Position numbers and translations under genes: made by a program. A stretch of DNA of 64,000 nt from contig NC_043004.1 in the NCBI RefSeq assembly GCF_006345805.1, positions 25,730,001 to 25,794,000 of the forward strand, read 5' to 3'. Shown here piece after piece: positions 1 through 64,000 of this stretch (positions are counted from its first letter, which is position 1; the number at the start of each line of letters is the position of its first letter). The notes under the pieces are model-generated. The model searched no databases. It saw nothing but the letters and a program-made list of their open reading frames with translations, and had not been told where the DNA came from. Source of the DNA: Octopus sinensis. Taxonomy: Eukaryota.

Positions 1-126
1 AGGTAATATAGCAGAAAGGTGCCTCTACTTCTAACAGCATAAAGTAAATAAAACAACATTAACATAATCGACTGGGAATTTCTTATTTCTATGTGCTTAC
101 TGCATTATTTATAAAATGTCATTTAA

Positions 127-333
127 CCCTTTTGTTACCACATTTTGGTTGAAATACATTGCCGTTTTGTCAAATGATTTTGAAAAATAAAAAATAAATT
201 TAGGAAAATAACTGTCATTATTAAGATGGTATTTGGAACAGGAATTAGCATAAAATTTTGATGGAAAATTTTGATTTAGTTTACTTTAAAACAGGAAGTT
301 TGCATCATTGAACCAAAGATGGTTTCAAAAGGG
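127..333. mobile_element. piggyBac-type MITE with TTAA TSD
   Basis: TTAA|CCCTTTTGTTACC...GGTTTCAAAAGGG|TTAA. Related to the copies at 55060 and 61642. Confidence 0.8.
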
Positions 334-640
334 TTAAACATAACATTACCAGATAATCTTCCTGTTGAATTTAGAATGTTTCTTGCATTAATTCCTCTCA
401 ACAGGATGTTACTTAGCTTATTGTTGCCAATACAAATAAACTTCAGCAATTGAGTTCTTTGTTTTTGCTTACCTTTAATTTATTGTTTTAAATATGTTTT
501 AGCAAGGAAGTTTTATGGTTGCTGAAGCCAATACTTTTATAGTTATTATATTTAAGGAGATTTGGGAGAATATATTTTGTTTCAGTTAAGCAAAATAGGG
601 ACAAGTTGGGTAAAGTATTTCATTTAAGTACAACATACTG

Positions 641-3600
641 GTTTTTAGTAAATCAACATTGAATTTTCGTTTAACCTTACATTCCTCTTTTAAAGCACTT
701 AACTTCAGTCATAGTTTGCCAAATAGTAGGTAGTGGTCAGAGACTGCATCAGCCCCTCTTTTTTCCCTAACATCTATCAGTGATCTCCTGAACTTGCAGC
801 TTACACAGATGTGATTGATCTGATTTTGAAATTTCAGATCTGGCGATACCCATGTGGCTTTGTGAAGGTCTTTGTGTGGAAATAAAGTTCCTCCAATGAC
901 CAACTGGTTATTTGCGCAAAAATCAGCAAATAACTGGCCATGAGCATTCATGCTTCCTAAACCATGTTTTCCCATAATGGCTTCAAATCCTAAATTGATG
1001 TTTCCAACTTTTGCGTTGAAATCAGCCATAACCATTATCAACTCTTTCTCAGTTCGTTTTTCAATTATGCTCTGCAGAGTATCATAAAATTCGACTTTTG
1101 CTAATTCATCAACATCATTTGTTGGGGCATAGCACATAACGATTATTAGGAAAATCCGCTTATGAGACGTTCTAGACTTTGCTAGTATTAATCTATCGTT
1201 TATGGGTAGCCATTCTATAAATGCTTTAACCGCTTTCTTAGTCAGCACCAGTACTACTCCCCTTGTGTGACGCGCCTTGTCAGCTTTGTGCCCCGAGTAT
1301 ATAATTGTTTTTCCTGAAGCTAGCTTAGTTTGTCCATTATCAATCCACCTAGTTTCACACAAACCCAAAATGTCCAATTTGTAATTGTCCATTTCTTTGC
1401 CAATATTTGCACGCTTTCCAGCAGTAAACATTGTTCGAACATTCCACACACAAAAACCTTGTGGAATCCTTTCTCGAAAGCAGTATCGGCCAACTAGCTT
1501 CCCGAGGGCTTTGACTATTCGGCGGTATAAAAAACCTTTGACTCTGGAAACCTTCAGTTGGTAAGTTAATACAAGTTTTATCAACTATCAGTGTTTTCGT
1601 AATCAATTTGAAAATCCAATGCACGGGTGATTAGCCCATTCAACTTAATTTACTAAAAAACAAAGACACCCAAAATAAAATACAGAAAAGCATTATTATG
1701 CAAATCAATGCAAATAAAAAGGATGCAAGGCAACACAAGAGAACATACTTGGTCGAAAATTAAGGATGCTTTTATTTCTGCGTAGGGTGTGTAAACAAAA
1801 AGAATAAGACGTGGATATCACAAGAGACACTAACAGCCATAGAAGTAAGAAAGAAGCTAAAGGAAAAATTACTATCGGCAAGCTTAGAAGTAGAGATAAA
1901 TAGATGTCAGGGAAATTACAACCAACAAAATAAGAAAGTTAAAAAACAATTAAGAAGAGACAAGCGAAAATTTCGAAAATTTAGCAACAACAGCAGAAAG
2001 TGGAGCTCAGCGCCAGAACATGAAAGCGCTGTACAACACGACTAAATTACTATCCGAGAAGAGAGTAAGAGTAGAAAAGGCAGTAAAAGGGAAGGATGGT
2101 CAGATGCTAACATCAATCCTAGAACAAAAAAAATCGATGGAAGGAGCATTTTGAAGATTTGCTCAATAGACTACCTCCAGACACAATATCCAACATTGTG
2201 CCAAGAAATTTGGATCTTAACATCAGCCTTGACCCCACCGTCCAAGTTTGAAATAAGAACGGCTATATAAATCCCTCAAGAATGGGAAAGCGGGAGGTGT
2301 AGACAACATTCCAGCTGAAGCAATGAAATCAGCTAGAGAAATAGTGGTAGAAATGTTTCATCCATTATTTTCTAAGATATGGCAGGAAGAAAATGTGCCT
2401 AATGATTAGAAAGAGGGACTCATCGTAAAATTGCCAAAAAAAGGTGATTTAAGCGTTTGCGGAAATTATAGAGGGATTATGCTATTATCGACTCCCGGAA
2501 AAGATTTTAACAGGATACTTTTAGAGCGGATGAGGACAGAAGTTGACAAATTGTTGTGTAAAGAACAAGCCGGATTTAGGAAGAACTGTTCATGTGTAGA
2601 TCAAATCGTCACTCTTCGCATCATTGTAGAGCAAAGCGCAGAGTGGAATGCACCACTTTATATTAACTTTATTGATTTCGAAAAAGCATTTAATAGTGTA
2701 GATAGGGAAGGCTTATGGAAAATTATGCAGCACTACGGCATACCAAACAAGTACATACCTATAATAAGAGCAACTTACCAAGGAATGTCATGCCGAGTCT
2801 TGCATGGAAACGGAGCTACGGATAAATTCGAAGTAAAAAACAGGAGTTCGACAGGGCTGTATACTTTCTCCCTTTTTGTTTCTACTAGTAATAGATTGGA
2901 TTATGAAGGAAACTACGATTGAAAGCAAACAGGCATTGAATGAACGGATGCAGAAGCTCTAGAAGATCTCGACTTTGCAGATAATATAGCGCTACTTTCA
3001 CAAACATATAGCCAAATGCAAAATATAACGTCAAAATTAGAAGCAATGGCTGCCAAACTAGGATTGAAAGTCAACCGCGACAAATCAAAAATTATGCGCA
3101 TTAATGAAGAAAACAGCGAACGTATTAAACTAGAAACCGGTGAACTAGAGGATGTAGCCGAGTTTACGTATTTAGGTAGTAAGATAACGTTTTCAGATGG
3201 CACCGACGAAGATATTAAGATGAGAATAAGTAAGGCAAGGACCGCTTTTCACCTGTTAAAAAAAAGTATGGAGCACAAGTGTAATTTCAATAAAGAACAA
3301 AATAAAAATTTTTAACACTAACATAAAAGCGGTTTTATTGTATGGGGCTGAGACATGGCGAACAACAGTTAAGTCAAACAAGCAAATACAATCATTCATC
3401 AACAGATGCTTGCGTAGTATACTTAAAATTAGATGGCCAGAACACACAAGCAATATGGAGCTATGGCAAAGAACGAATGAAGTTTCGATTAGGGAGCAAA
3501 TATTTAAGAAAAAGTGGAAGTGGATTGGTAGCTCAATTAGAAAAGACACACCAAATGTAACGAAAAGTGCTTTACAGTGGAAACCGGATGGATATAGGAA

Positions 3601-3771
3601 GAAAGGTAGGCCTAAGAACTCATGGCAGAGATCAAAACAAAATGAACTAGAGAAAGGGAGACATTCACGGCAGAGTATAAGTACAGAAGTGAAAAATTAT
3701 GTGACATGGAATTCAATTATAAGTGGCCTATACTCTGCGTTGGAGGGTTAAAGGCATAACGAAAAAAGAAA
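641..3771 (+). mobile_element. RTE-like LINE (APE endonuclease + RT), decayed, with the 5' part (641-~1638) inverted
   Basis: The APE domain is on the minus strand (ILGLCETRW, CYAPT, DFNAKVG, SDH). The RT is on the plus strand (NYRGIMLLS, EQAGFR, FIDFEKAF, DFADNI, FTYLGS). An 11-bp TSD, ACAACATACTG, lies at 630-640 and 3772-3782. Confidence 0.92.
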
Positions 3772-4549
3772 ACAACATACTGTCGGTAGCATGTTTGAAC
3801 TTAAGACATTGTGATTACAGTCATAACACCACAGTCACTGTATCTTATTTAATAATCTAAACAGCAAAAATACAAACCTAATATACTGTACTAGCTCTAA
3901 AGTCTTCATGTTAATATGTGACAAAAGGCAATGACTGTCAAAAAGTGCGACACAGCACAACTTTAAAATAGTTATATTTCTTAATATGGAAGTAAAGTGT
4001 GACTAATTTTTCATTTATTCTCCAGTGTGAAATAAAGTAAAAAAAAAAAAATTGTGAGCTACAGAGTCAAGGTAATATATTATGAATGGAATGTCTTATA
4101 TTACTAAAGCTGGTGTAAATAGTAGAAATACATGTGATATTAGATTAGTTTTATCTCATATTTTAGAAAATAACAAAATTTATGATAGTGGTTGGTTGGC
4201 TTTGTGCTTTAAATCATCATTTCAAGTGAATATTGAGAAAGGACAACTTTTGATGACAGTGTGGCAACTGTTATCTTCCTTTGGTTAAGATGACTTCAGT
4301 CAGTTATGATTGCTGAATTACATGAGTTGACTAATGACTTCTGAAGATGCTCCAGTGTATCTCTCAACAAGATAATTTCAGGTGATTCAGTGTGTCTATC
4401 TAGTGGCAGACAGACACTTTTTGAGAAATTTAGATTCAGCCATTCACTACTCCATCCAACATGAAGATTTTTTTCCTCTCTCAAACTCCAGAATCTGAGA
4501 CTTTGTTGAAGCGATAGCTGGGGGGAAAAAACTAAAACATTGTTTGTTA

Positions 4550-57699
<53,150 letters not shown>

Positions 57700-57894
57700 C
57701 TGCAGGGAAAATAAGAAGAAACAACATTAGCGACAGTCTGAGAAACGTTCCTCATCAAAACAATGATTTCTATTTACAGTTAAGGATTATGAAATTACAC
57801 AGTCAATTCAAAATATAAACAAAGGAAGCAAAAGTAGAATCTTCATGTTTGTGGCTGATAAAAGATGATCAAGGGAACAAAAAGGATGTAGGAA

Positions 57895-59690
57895 GAGTTC
57901 TCAGAGTACCAAGGATCACCTGGTCATCGATAAAACAGTTTTGAGGCATAGTAAAAAACATCATACATGTCTATGGCTTGGATTAACTTTAAGAAGGTAT
58001 ATGTTATGATGCCTCGTTCTTGGATCGTTGAATGCTTACAGATGTTTAGTGTTGCTGACAACATCACAAATTTTCTGATGCATGAAAGAGTGGAAAACCA
58101 AATTGTACTCAAGTAATGTATTCCTTGGAGAAGTTAATATTAAAAGGGGAATCTTCCAAGGTGACTAGTTTTCTGTTACTTTTTGTAATTGCACTAATAC
58201 CCATAACAATGACACTTAGGAAAGTGGGCCTTTCTTCCCATATCGGTAACCCATCATTGAACCATCTGCTGTTTATGGATGACCTGAAATTGTTTGGGAG
58301 ATCTGAAAAACAGTCCAGAAGTGTGGTTGGGACATCGGTATTTGGGATTACCAAATGCTCAGTACTTAATATGAAAAGAGGGAAGAAAGCATCCTGCAGA
58401 ATATTGTGGTTGCCATCAGAAGAGACCATGGATGAACCCAACAGTGGTGGGTATAGATATTTAGGGATTTTGGAGCTGGATGACATTCTACACAGAGAAA
58501 TGAAAGTCAAGGTCAGTAAGGTGTATCAAAAAAGGGTGAAGATGGTGTTGAATGCCAAAAATTTGATTACTGCAATGAATATCTGGGCAGTTGCAGTGGT
58601 TAGATATAGTGCAGCCACCCTCAAATGGACTAAGGAGGAAATATCAACACTGGATAGAAGGACGAGAAAGTAATGATATTGCATGGGACACTACACCCTA
58701 AAGCAAACATAAACAGACTGTATATGAAAAGAAAGAATGGTGGTAGAGGGCTAATTAGTAAAGACCGTTGTATAAGGAGTGAAAGGAGAATGCTTGCTGA
58801 GTATTTGATAAACAGTAATGAAGACCTACTGCAATATGCTACAAATGATATGGGTGTAAATGTAGATGAAATGATGGGCAAGGAGGAGTTTAACCAAAGA
58901 GCTGAGAAGAGAAAAGATCTTCTTGAAATGAGAAATACACAGGATGTTAAGGATAATACAGCATCATGAGCATTGCTTGAGCAAGGTGATTTGAAGCGTA
59001 CCACCGAAAGTCTGATCATTGCTGTACAAGACCAGGCTCTCACTACCAATTCAATGAAGTATAACATCTATAAAACTTCTGACACCCAGAAATACAGACT
59101 CTGTGGAAAGAATGTGAAAAATGTAACCCACTTGGTAAGTGGATGTGAGCGCCTTGAACAAAAAGAATACAAGCGCTGCCTTAATAAAATGTGTATGTAT
59201 CTTCATTGGCTCTTATGCTGTAAATACCAATATGAAGAAACAGAGAACTGGTATGAGCATGTACCAAGTAAAGTTATGCAGGAGGATGGAAAAGTAATGA
59301 TACTCTGGGACTATGATTTTCAGACGGATCGTGTAATCGAACACCATCGACCAGATATTGTCATATTGAATAAGAGAGTCAAATACTGTCAGATTGTTGA
59401 TGTAGCCATACCACATGACATGAATGTTGTGAGTAAAGAGGTTGAAAAAAAATCACCAAGTACTCTGAATTGAAAGTGGAAATGGCAAGACTGTATGGAA
59501 TGCGAGAATGTAATGTAAAAGTGATACCGATGGTGATTGGAGTGTTTGGCTCAATCTCATTGAAACTTCATGACTTGTTAAGGCAACTGGAAATCCCATG
59601 CAAGATTGATGTCTTGCAAAAAGTAGTCTTAAGATGTGGGCACAGCGCACAGCTTAAGGAAAGTATTATCTGTCTGAAGTTGTTTTTGTA
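57895..59690 (+). mobile_element. R4/Dong-like RLE LINE (RT, CCHC, RLE), decayed
   Basis: GIFQGD, LNHLLFMDDLKLF, YRYLGILE, LYMKRKNGGRGL, RLCGKNVKNVTHLVSGC, ILWDYDFQTDRVIEHHRPDIVIL. Confidence 0.9.
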
Positions 59691-60189
59691 ACTTAACAGA
59701 TGATTAAAGACTCTGGTGCAGTTTTACCTACACTGTGTTACGAAGGAGTAGTAGCATTCTAATCGACATATCAGTCTAACAGATGATAATGTATTGATAA
59801 AAGAAACAGAGAAACACACGAAATGCAAATATCTAGAAATATAATACCTACAACAATAAGTCCATAAAACATGGTTCTATGATAGACACAAAGCCTGAAA
59901 TTTTCGGTGGAGAGGACCAGTTGATTACATCTACCCCAGTGATCAACTGGTACTTATTTTAGCAACCACAAAAGGATGAAAAGCATTGTATAAAGAGTGA
60001 AAGGAGAATGATTGCTGAGTATTTGATAAATAGTGATGAAGACCTGTTGCAATATGCCACGAAAGACATGGGTGTAAATGCAAATGAAATGATGGGCAAG
60101 GAGGAGTTTAACCAAAGAGCTGAGGAGAAGAGAAAAGAAGATTTTCTTGAGATGAGAAATACAGAGGATGTTAAGGATAATACAGATAA

Positions 60190-62019
60190 TAGAACCTTGG
60201 TAACATTTGAACATAAAGCCAGAAGAAATGTTATTTGGTATTTTGTCCAGCATGTAAACAATCTTGTCGTTGGTGGCAAAAACAACAACAATAAACAATT
60301 CAGTGATGACATCAGAATGCAATTTGGCATTGATAAATGTGCAAATGCTACCTTTATCAAAGGAAAAATAACAGAAACATCTAACGTTAACCTTGACCAG
60401 CAGAATCTCATAAAAGAGTTAGAACCAGCGGAAAGCTACAAATACCTAGGGGTAATTGAAGGGGACAGAATCAAACATGCAGTGATGAGGGAAAGGATCA
60501 GAAGAGAATGTTATCGCAGGGTGAGAGCAATACTGAAGACAGAGCTAAATGCAAGAAACAGGACCGAAGCAATCAATGCTTTAGCCATGCCAGTCGTGAC
60601 TTACACTTTCAATATCATTAACTGGTCGATTACTAAAATATGTAATCTTGACAGAAAAATACGAAAGCTGATGACTATGCATAGAATGCACCACCCTAAG
60701 GCAGATATAGAACGACTTTATCTGCCAAGAAAAGAGGGAGGCCGTGGATTCTTACAACTGGCATTAACAATGAAGATTGCCATATTTGGCCTAGGCACCT
60801 ACCTGAAAAACTCTGAGGACTGGATGTTAAATGGCAAGAAAAACCTCTTAATGGAAAATATCCAAAGAGAGCGAATAACGCCGATGTTGACAAAGCCCTT
60901 ACCCATTAATGGTTAATGGCTTCTGACTTAAAATCAGAAACAGAAGGGTTTATCATAGCAGCCCAAGATTAATGCCTACCTACAAGGAACTATCAGGCCA
61001 ACATATTAAAGAATGATAGCTCCCCAGTATGTCATGTATGTCAACAACAAAATGAGACCATTGATCATGTTGTCTCCATGTGCAGTTTTCTTGTGCCTAC
61101 AGAGTATCTCAACAGGCATGATAGAGCTGCACAATATATTCACTGGGTAATTTCCAAAAACCTGGACCTCCCCCATGATAAAAACTGGTGGGAACACAAA
61201 CCACCCACCAGTGCTTGAAAATGATCACATCTCACTCCTCTGGCACTTCACCATTCAAACTGACAGAAAGATAGATGCAAATAGACCAGACATTATATTG
61301 AAAGACTTCAGACGAAAATCATGCCTCCTCATTGATATGACTGTCCCAATCGATATAAAGGTATCTGTCAAGACCTACCAAAAACTGAGCAAGTATAAAG
61401 ATCTTGAAATAGAAATTAGCAAAATGTGGAACCTGATGACTAAAATGATACCGTTGTCATAGGTGTCCTAAGAATGATAGCAAAAGGGGCTGATTGCTAC
61501 CTAGCTCAGATACCAGGAAACCCCAAAATGGCAGAAATTCAAATGATAGTGCTCATGGGAACTGCCCATATCCTACGTAAAATACTGTCTATGTAATCTC
61601 AAATTTTAAAACAAACACATAATTTTCTTATGGTTTCTTAACCCTTTCATTAATGTATTTATTTTGAGATGCTCTGTGTTTCTTTCAATTACTTTAAATA
61701 TAAGAAAGAATTTAGTAAAATAACATCGTTATCATTGAGCTGGTGTTAGGAACATAAATTGTGACTAAAGTTTGGTGGAAATTTTGAATTCAAAACTTAT
61801 GGAAACAAGACATTTGTACTAAAGAGCCAGAGCCGGTTTCAGCCGGGTTGGTAACAAAAGGGTTAAACATTCTCTAGAATAACACTATGTACAAAACCAA
61901 ATATATGGCACCCTAGGCATAACACCAACATGAACTTCTAACTTGTTGTCTCTAGAGGTCTCTGGGTGAGATTTGGTGCCAACTTGTACAAATGCAAAGC
62001 AAAAGTCAAACATAAAATG

Positions 62020-62020
<1 letters not shown>
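60190..62020 (+). mobile_element. R4/Dong-like RLE LINE, second subfamily, 5'-truncated, with a MITE in its 3' UTR
   Basis: FSDDIRMQFGIDKCA, YKYLGVIEG, HPKADIERLYLPRKEGGRG, LLWHFTIQTDRKIDANRPDII, and an (AAT)n tail at ~62018. Confidence 0.9.
61642..61862. mobile_element. piggyBac-type MITE with TTAA TSD
   Basis: TTAA at 61638-61641 and 61863-61866; CCCTTT...AAAGGG termini; 221 bp. Confidence 0.85.
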
Positions 62021-62056
<36 letters not shown>

Positions 62057-62074
62057 TAATAATAATAACAATAA

Positions 62075-62665
62075 TGACAGAGTTGGGACCTACATACACT
62101 GTGTAATAACAAACACTATGGTATAACAACAGAAAAAAGATGGTATAAGTACACCCCAGATAAGGCCACAGAAAACAAGAAAGCAATCATATAACATGGG
62201 ATATGCCAATACACACAGATGGAGAAATTAAGGCCAACAGACCAGATATAGTCATCAGAGATCATGAAGAAAAAAAATGCTTTCTAATTGATGTGTCAAT
62301 ACCAACAGATAACAATGTTTCTCTAAAAGAAATGGAGAAACTTTCAAAATACAAAGACCTTGAAATAGAGTTAACTCGAATGTGGAGTCTAAACACAGAA
62401 ACAATTCCTACCATAGTGGGCGCATTAGGTACGATAAAAAAATATTCAGACAAATACATAACAAAAACACCAGAACTTACAAATATATATAACATACAGA
62501 AAATTGCACTACTGGGCACTGCATACATCCTATGCAGAACACTTTCAATACAGTAACCATAAGAGCATCACAGCAAACCACAGCACATACCCAAAGCACA
62601 CAGAGCTGTGCTCAGTAGTGAAGTGAAAGAATGTTATAAAAATAAAACTACTGAATAATAACAAT
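62075..62665 (+). mobile_element. R4/Dong-like LINE 3' fragment (RLE domain); another decayed piece at ~63585-63970
   Basis: ORF 62203-62556 reads NRPDIVIRDHEEKKCFLIDVSIPTDNNVSLKEMEKLSKYKDLEIE. (AAT)n lies on both sides. Confidence 0.88.
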
Positions 62666-62674
62666 AATAATAAT

Positions 62675-63120
62675 CCTTTCTACTATAGACACAAAGACTG
62701 AAATTTGAGGGAGGTGTTAAGTCGATTATATCGATCCCAGTACTGAACTGGTACTTAATTTATTGACTCTGAAAAGACGAAAAACAAAATCAACCTTGAT
62801 GGAATTTGAACTCAGTATGTAGCAGGAGACAGAATACCAGTAAGCATTTCGCCTGGTGTGATAACTATTCTGTCAGCCCACCACCTTAAGAATTCTTTTT
62901 ACTATAGACAAAAGGCTTGAAATTTTGGAGAATGGGGGTTAATTGATTACATTGACCCCAGCCAGTACTAAACTGGTACTTATTTTACTGATCCCCAGGT
63001 AAATCTGACCAAGGCAGAATTTGAACTCAGAATATGAAACCAGAAGAAATCTTATTTAGAATTTTGTCCAGCATGCAGACAATTCTGTCAGCTTGCTGCT
63101 GCTGCTGCTGCTGCTGCTGC

Positions 63121-63200
<80 letters not shown>

Positions 63201-63214
63201 TAATAATAATAATA

Positions 63215-63280
<66 letters not shown>

Positions 63281-63572
63281 TAATAATAATAATAATATAA
63301 TAATAATAATAATAATTAATAATTAATAATAATAATAATAATTAATAATTAATAATAATAATAATTTCTACTATAGGCAGAAGGCCTGGATTTTGTGGGG
63401 AGGGGGACAGTTGATCACAGTGACCTCAGTGCTTGACTGGTACTTATTTCATTGACCCTGAAAAGATGAAGGACAAAATCAACCTTGGTGGAATTCAAAT
63501 TGAGACTGTAACAACGGACAAGATGCCACTAAGTTTTTTCCTGGCATGCAAACGTTTCTGCCAGCTTGATGC
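62675..63572 (-). mobile_element. Three Nin-like SINEs separated by (CTG)n and (AAT)n
   Basis: Copies at ~62675-62888, ~62895-63100 and ~63368-63572, all in the same orientation. Confidence 0.8.
63121..63365. repeat. Long (AAT)n microsatellite
   Basis: About 245 bp of AAT with occasional variants, preceded by (CTG)n. Confidence 0.97.
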
Positions 63573-64000
63573 TAAAATAATAATAACAGACCCCCACAGA
63601 TCCCAAGAACAAGGGAAAAAACATGCATTCTAATCGACATATCAGTCTAACAGATGATAATGTATTGATAAAAGAAACAGAGAAACTCACGAAATGCAAA
63701 TATCTAGAAATAATACCTACAACAATAAGTCCATAAAACATGGTTAAAAAACATACAGACAAACACATAACTAAAACACCAGGACATACAAATATATATA
63801 ACATCCAGCAAATAACACAGATAAGCATCATACACTTTCAATACAGTGAAAATAACAATAATAAAGCAAATCACAGTATATACCCAAGGCACACAGAGCT
63901 GCACTCAGTAGTGCAGTGAAAGCAGGTAATAAAAATAAAACTACTGAATAATAATAAGAATAATAATAATTTCATGGCCCCTGAAACCACCACCAAAGAC

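Noticed and set aside
60008-60916. Longest plus-strand ORF (302 aa) as a host gene or active retroelement
   Set aside because: It is a chimera of a locally duplicated LINE piece and a second truncated LINE. It lacks the RT catalytic core and frameshifts downstream.

Overview
AT-rich eukaryotic genomic DNA. The repeat families look cephalopod, most likely octopus; this is my recognition and has not been searched. The window lies almost entirely within one minus-strand gene, a TRAF7 orthologue (RING end, TRAF-type Zn finger, coiled coil, 7xWD40). I located 15 coding exons by eye between 4556 and 57699. All have GT-AG boundaries, and they splice into one open frame of 1551 nt (517 codons). The N-terminal exons and the last few codons were not found and probably lie outside the window. 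The introns hold many decayed mobile elements: several RTE-clade LINEs, R4/Dong-like RLE LINEs, a CR1-like fragment, a Penelope-like element, a near full-length Helitron, a Merlin-like transposase relic, piggyBac-type MITEs, tRNA-derived SINEs, and mini- and microsatellites. No prokaryotic features, CRISPR arrays, rRNA or true tRNA genes were found. I cannot claim a new multi-gene system. The strongest leads are: (1) a core-intact minimal hammerhead ribozyme on the TRAF7 pre-mRNA strand, plus a second one at the 3' end of the Penelope element; (2) an RTE-like LINE with an inverted 5' half inside a perfect 11-bp target-site duplication (TSD), the twin-priming geometry; (3) a 270-bp, ~97% identical inverted duplication near an exon, a candidate dsRNA/ADAR substrate; (4) recurrent tail-to-tail LINE/SINE junctions at (AAT)n. 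Exon, ribozyme and TSD coordinates were counted base by base. Other repeat boundaries are approximate.
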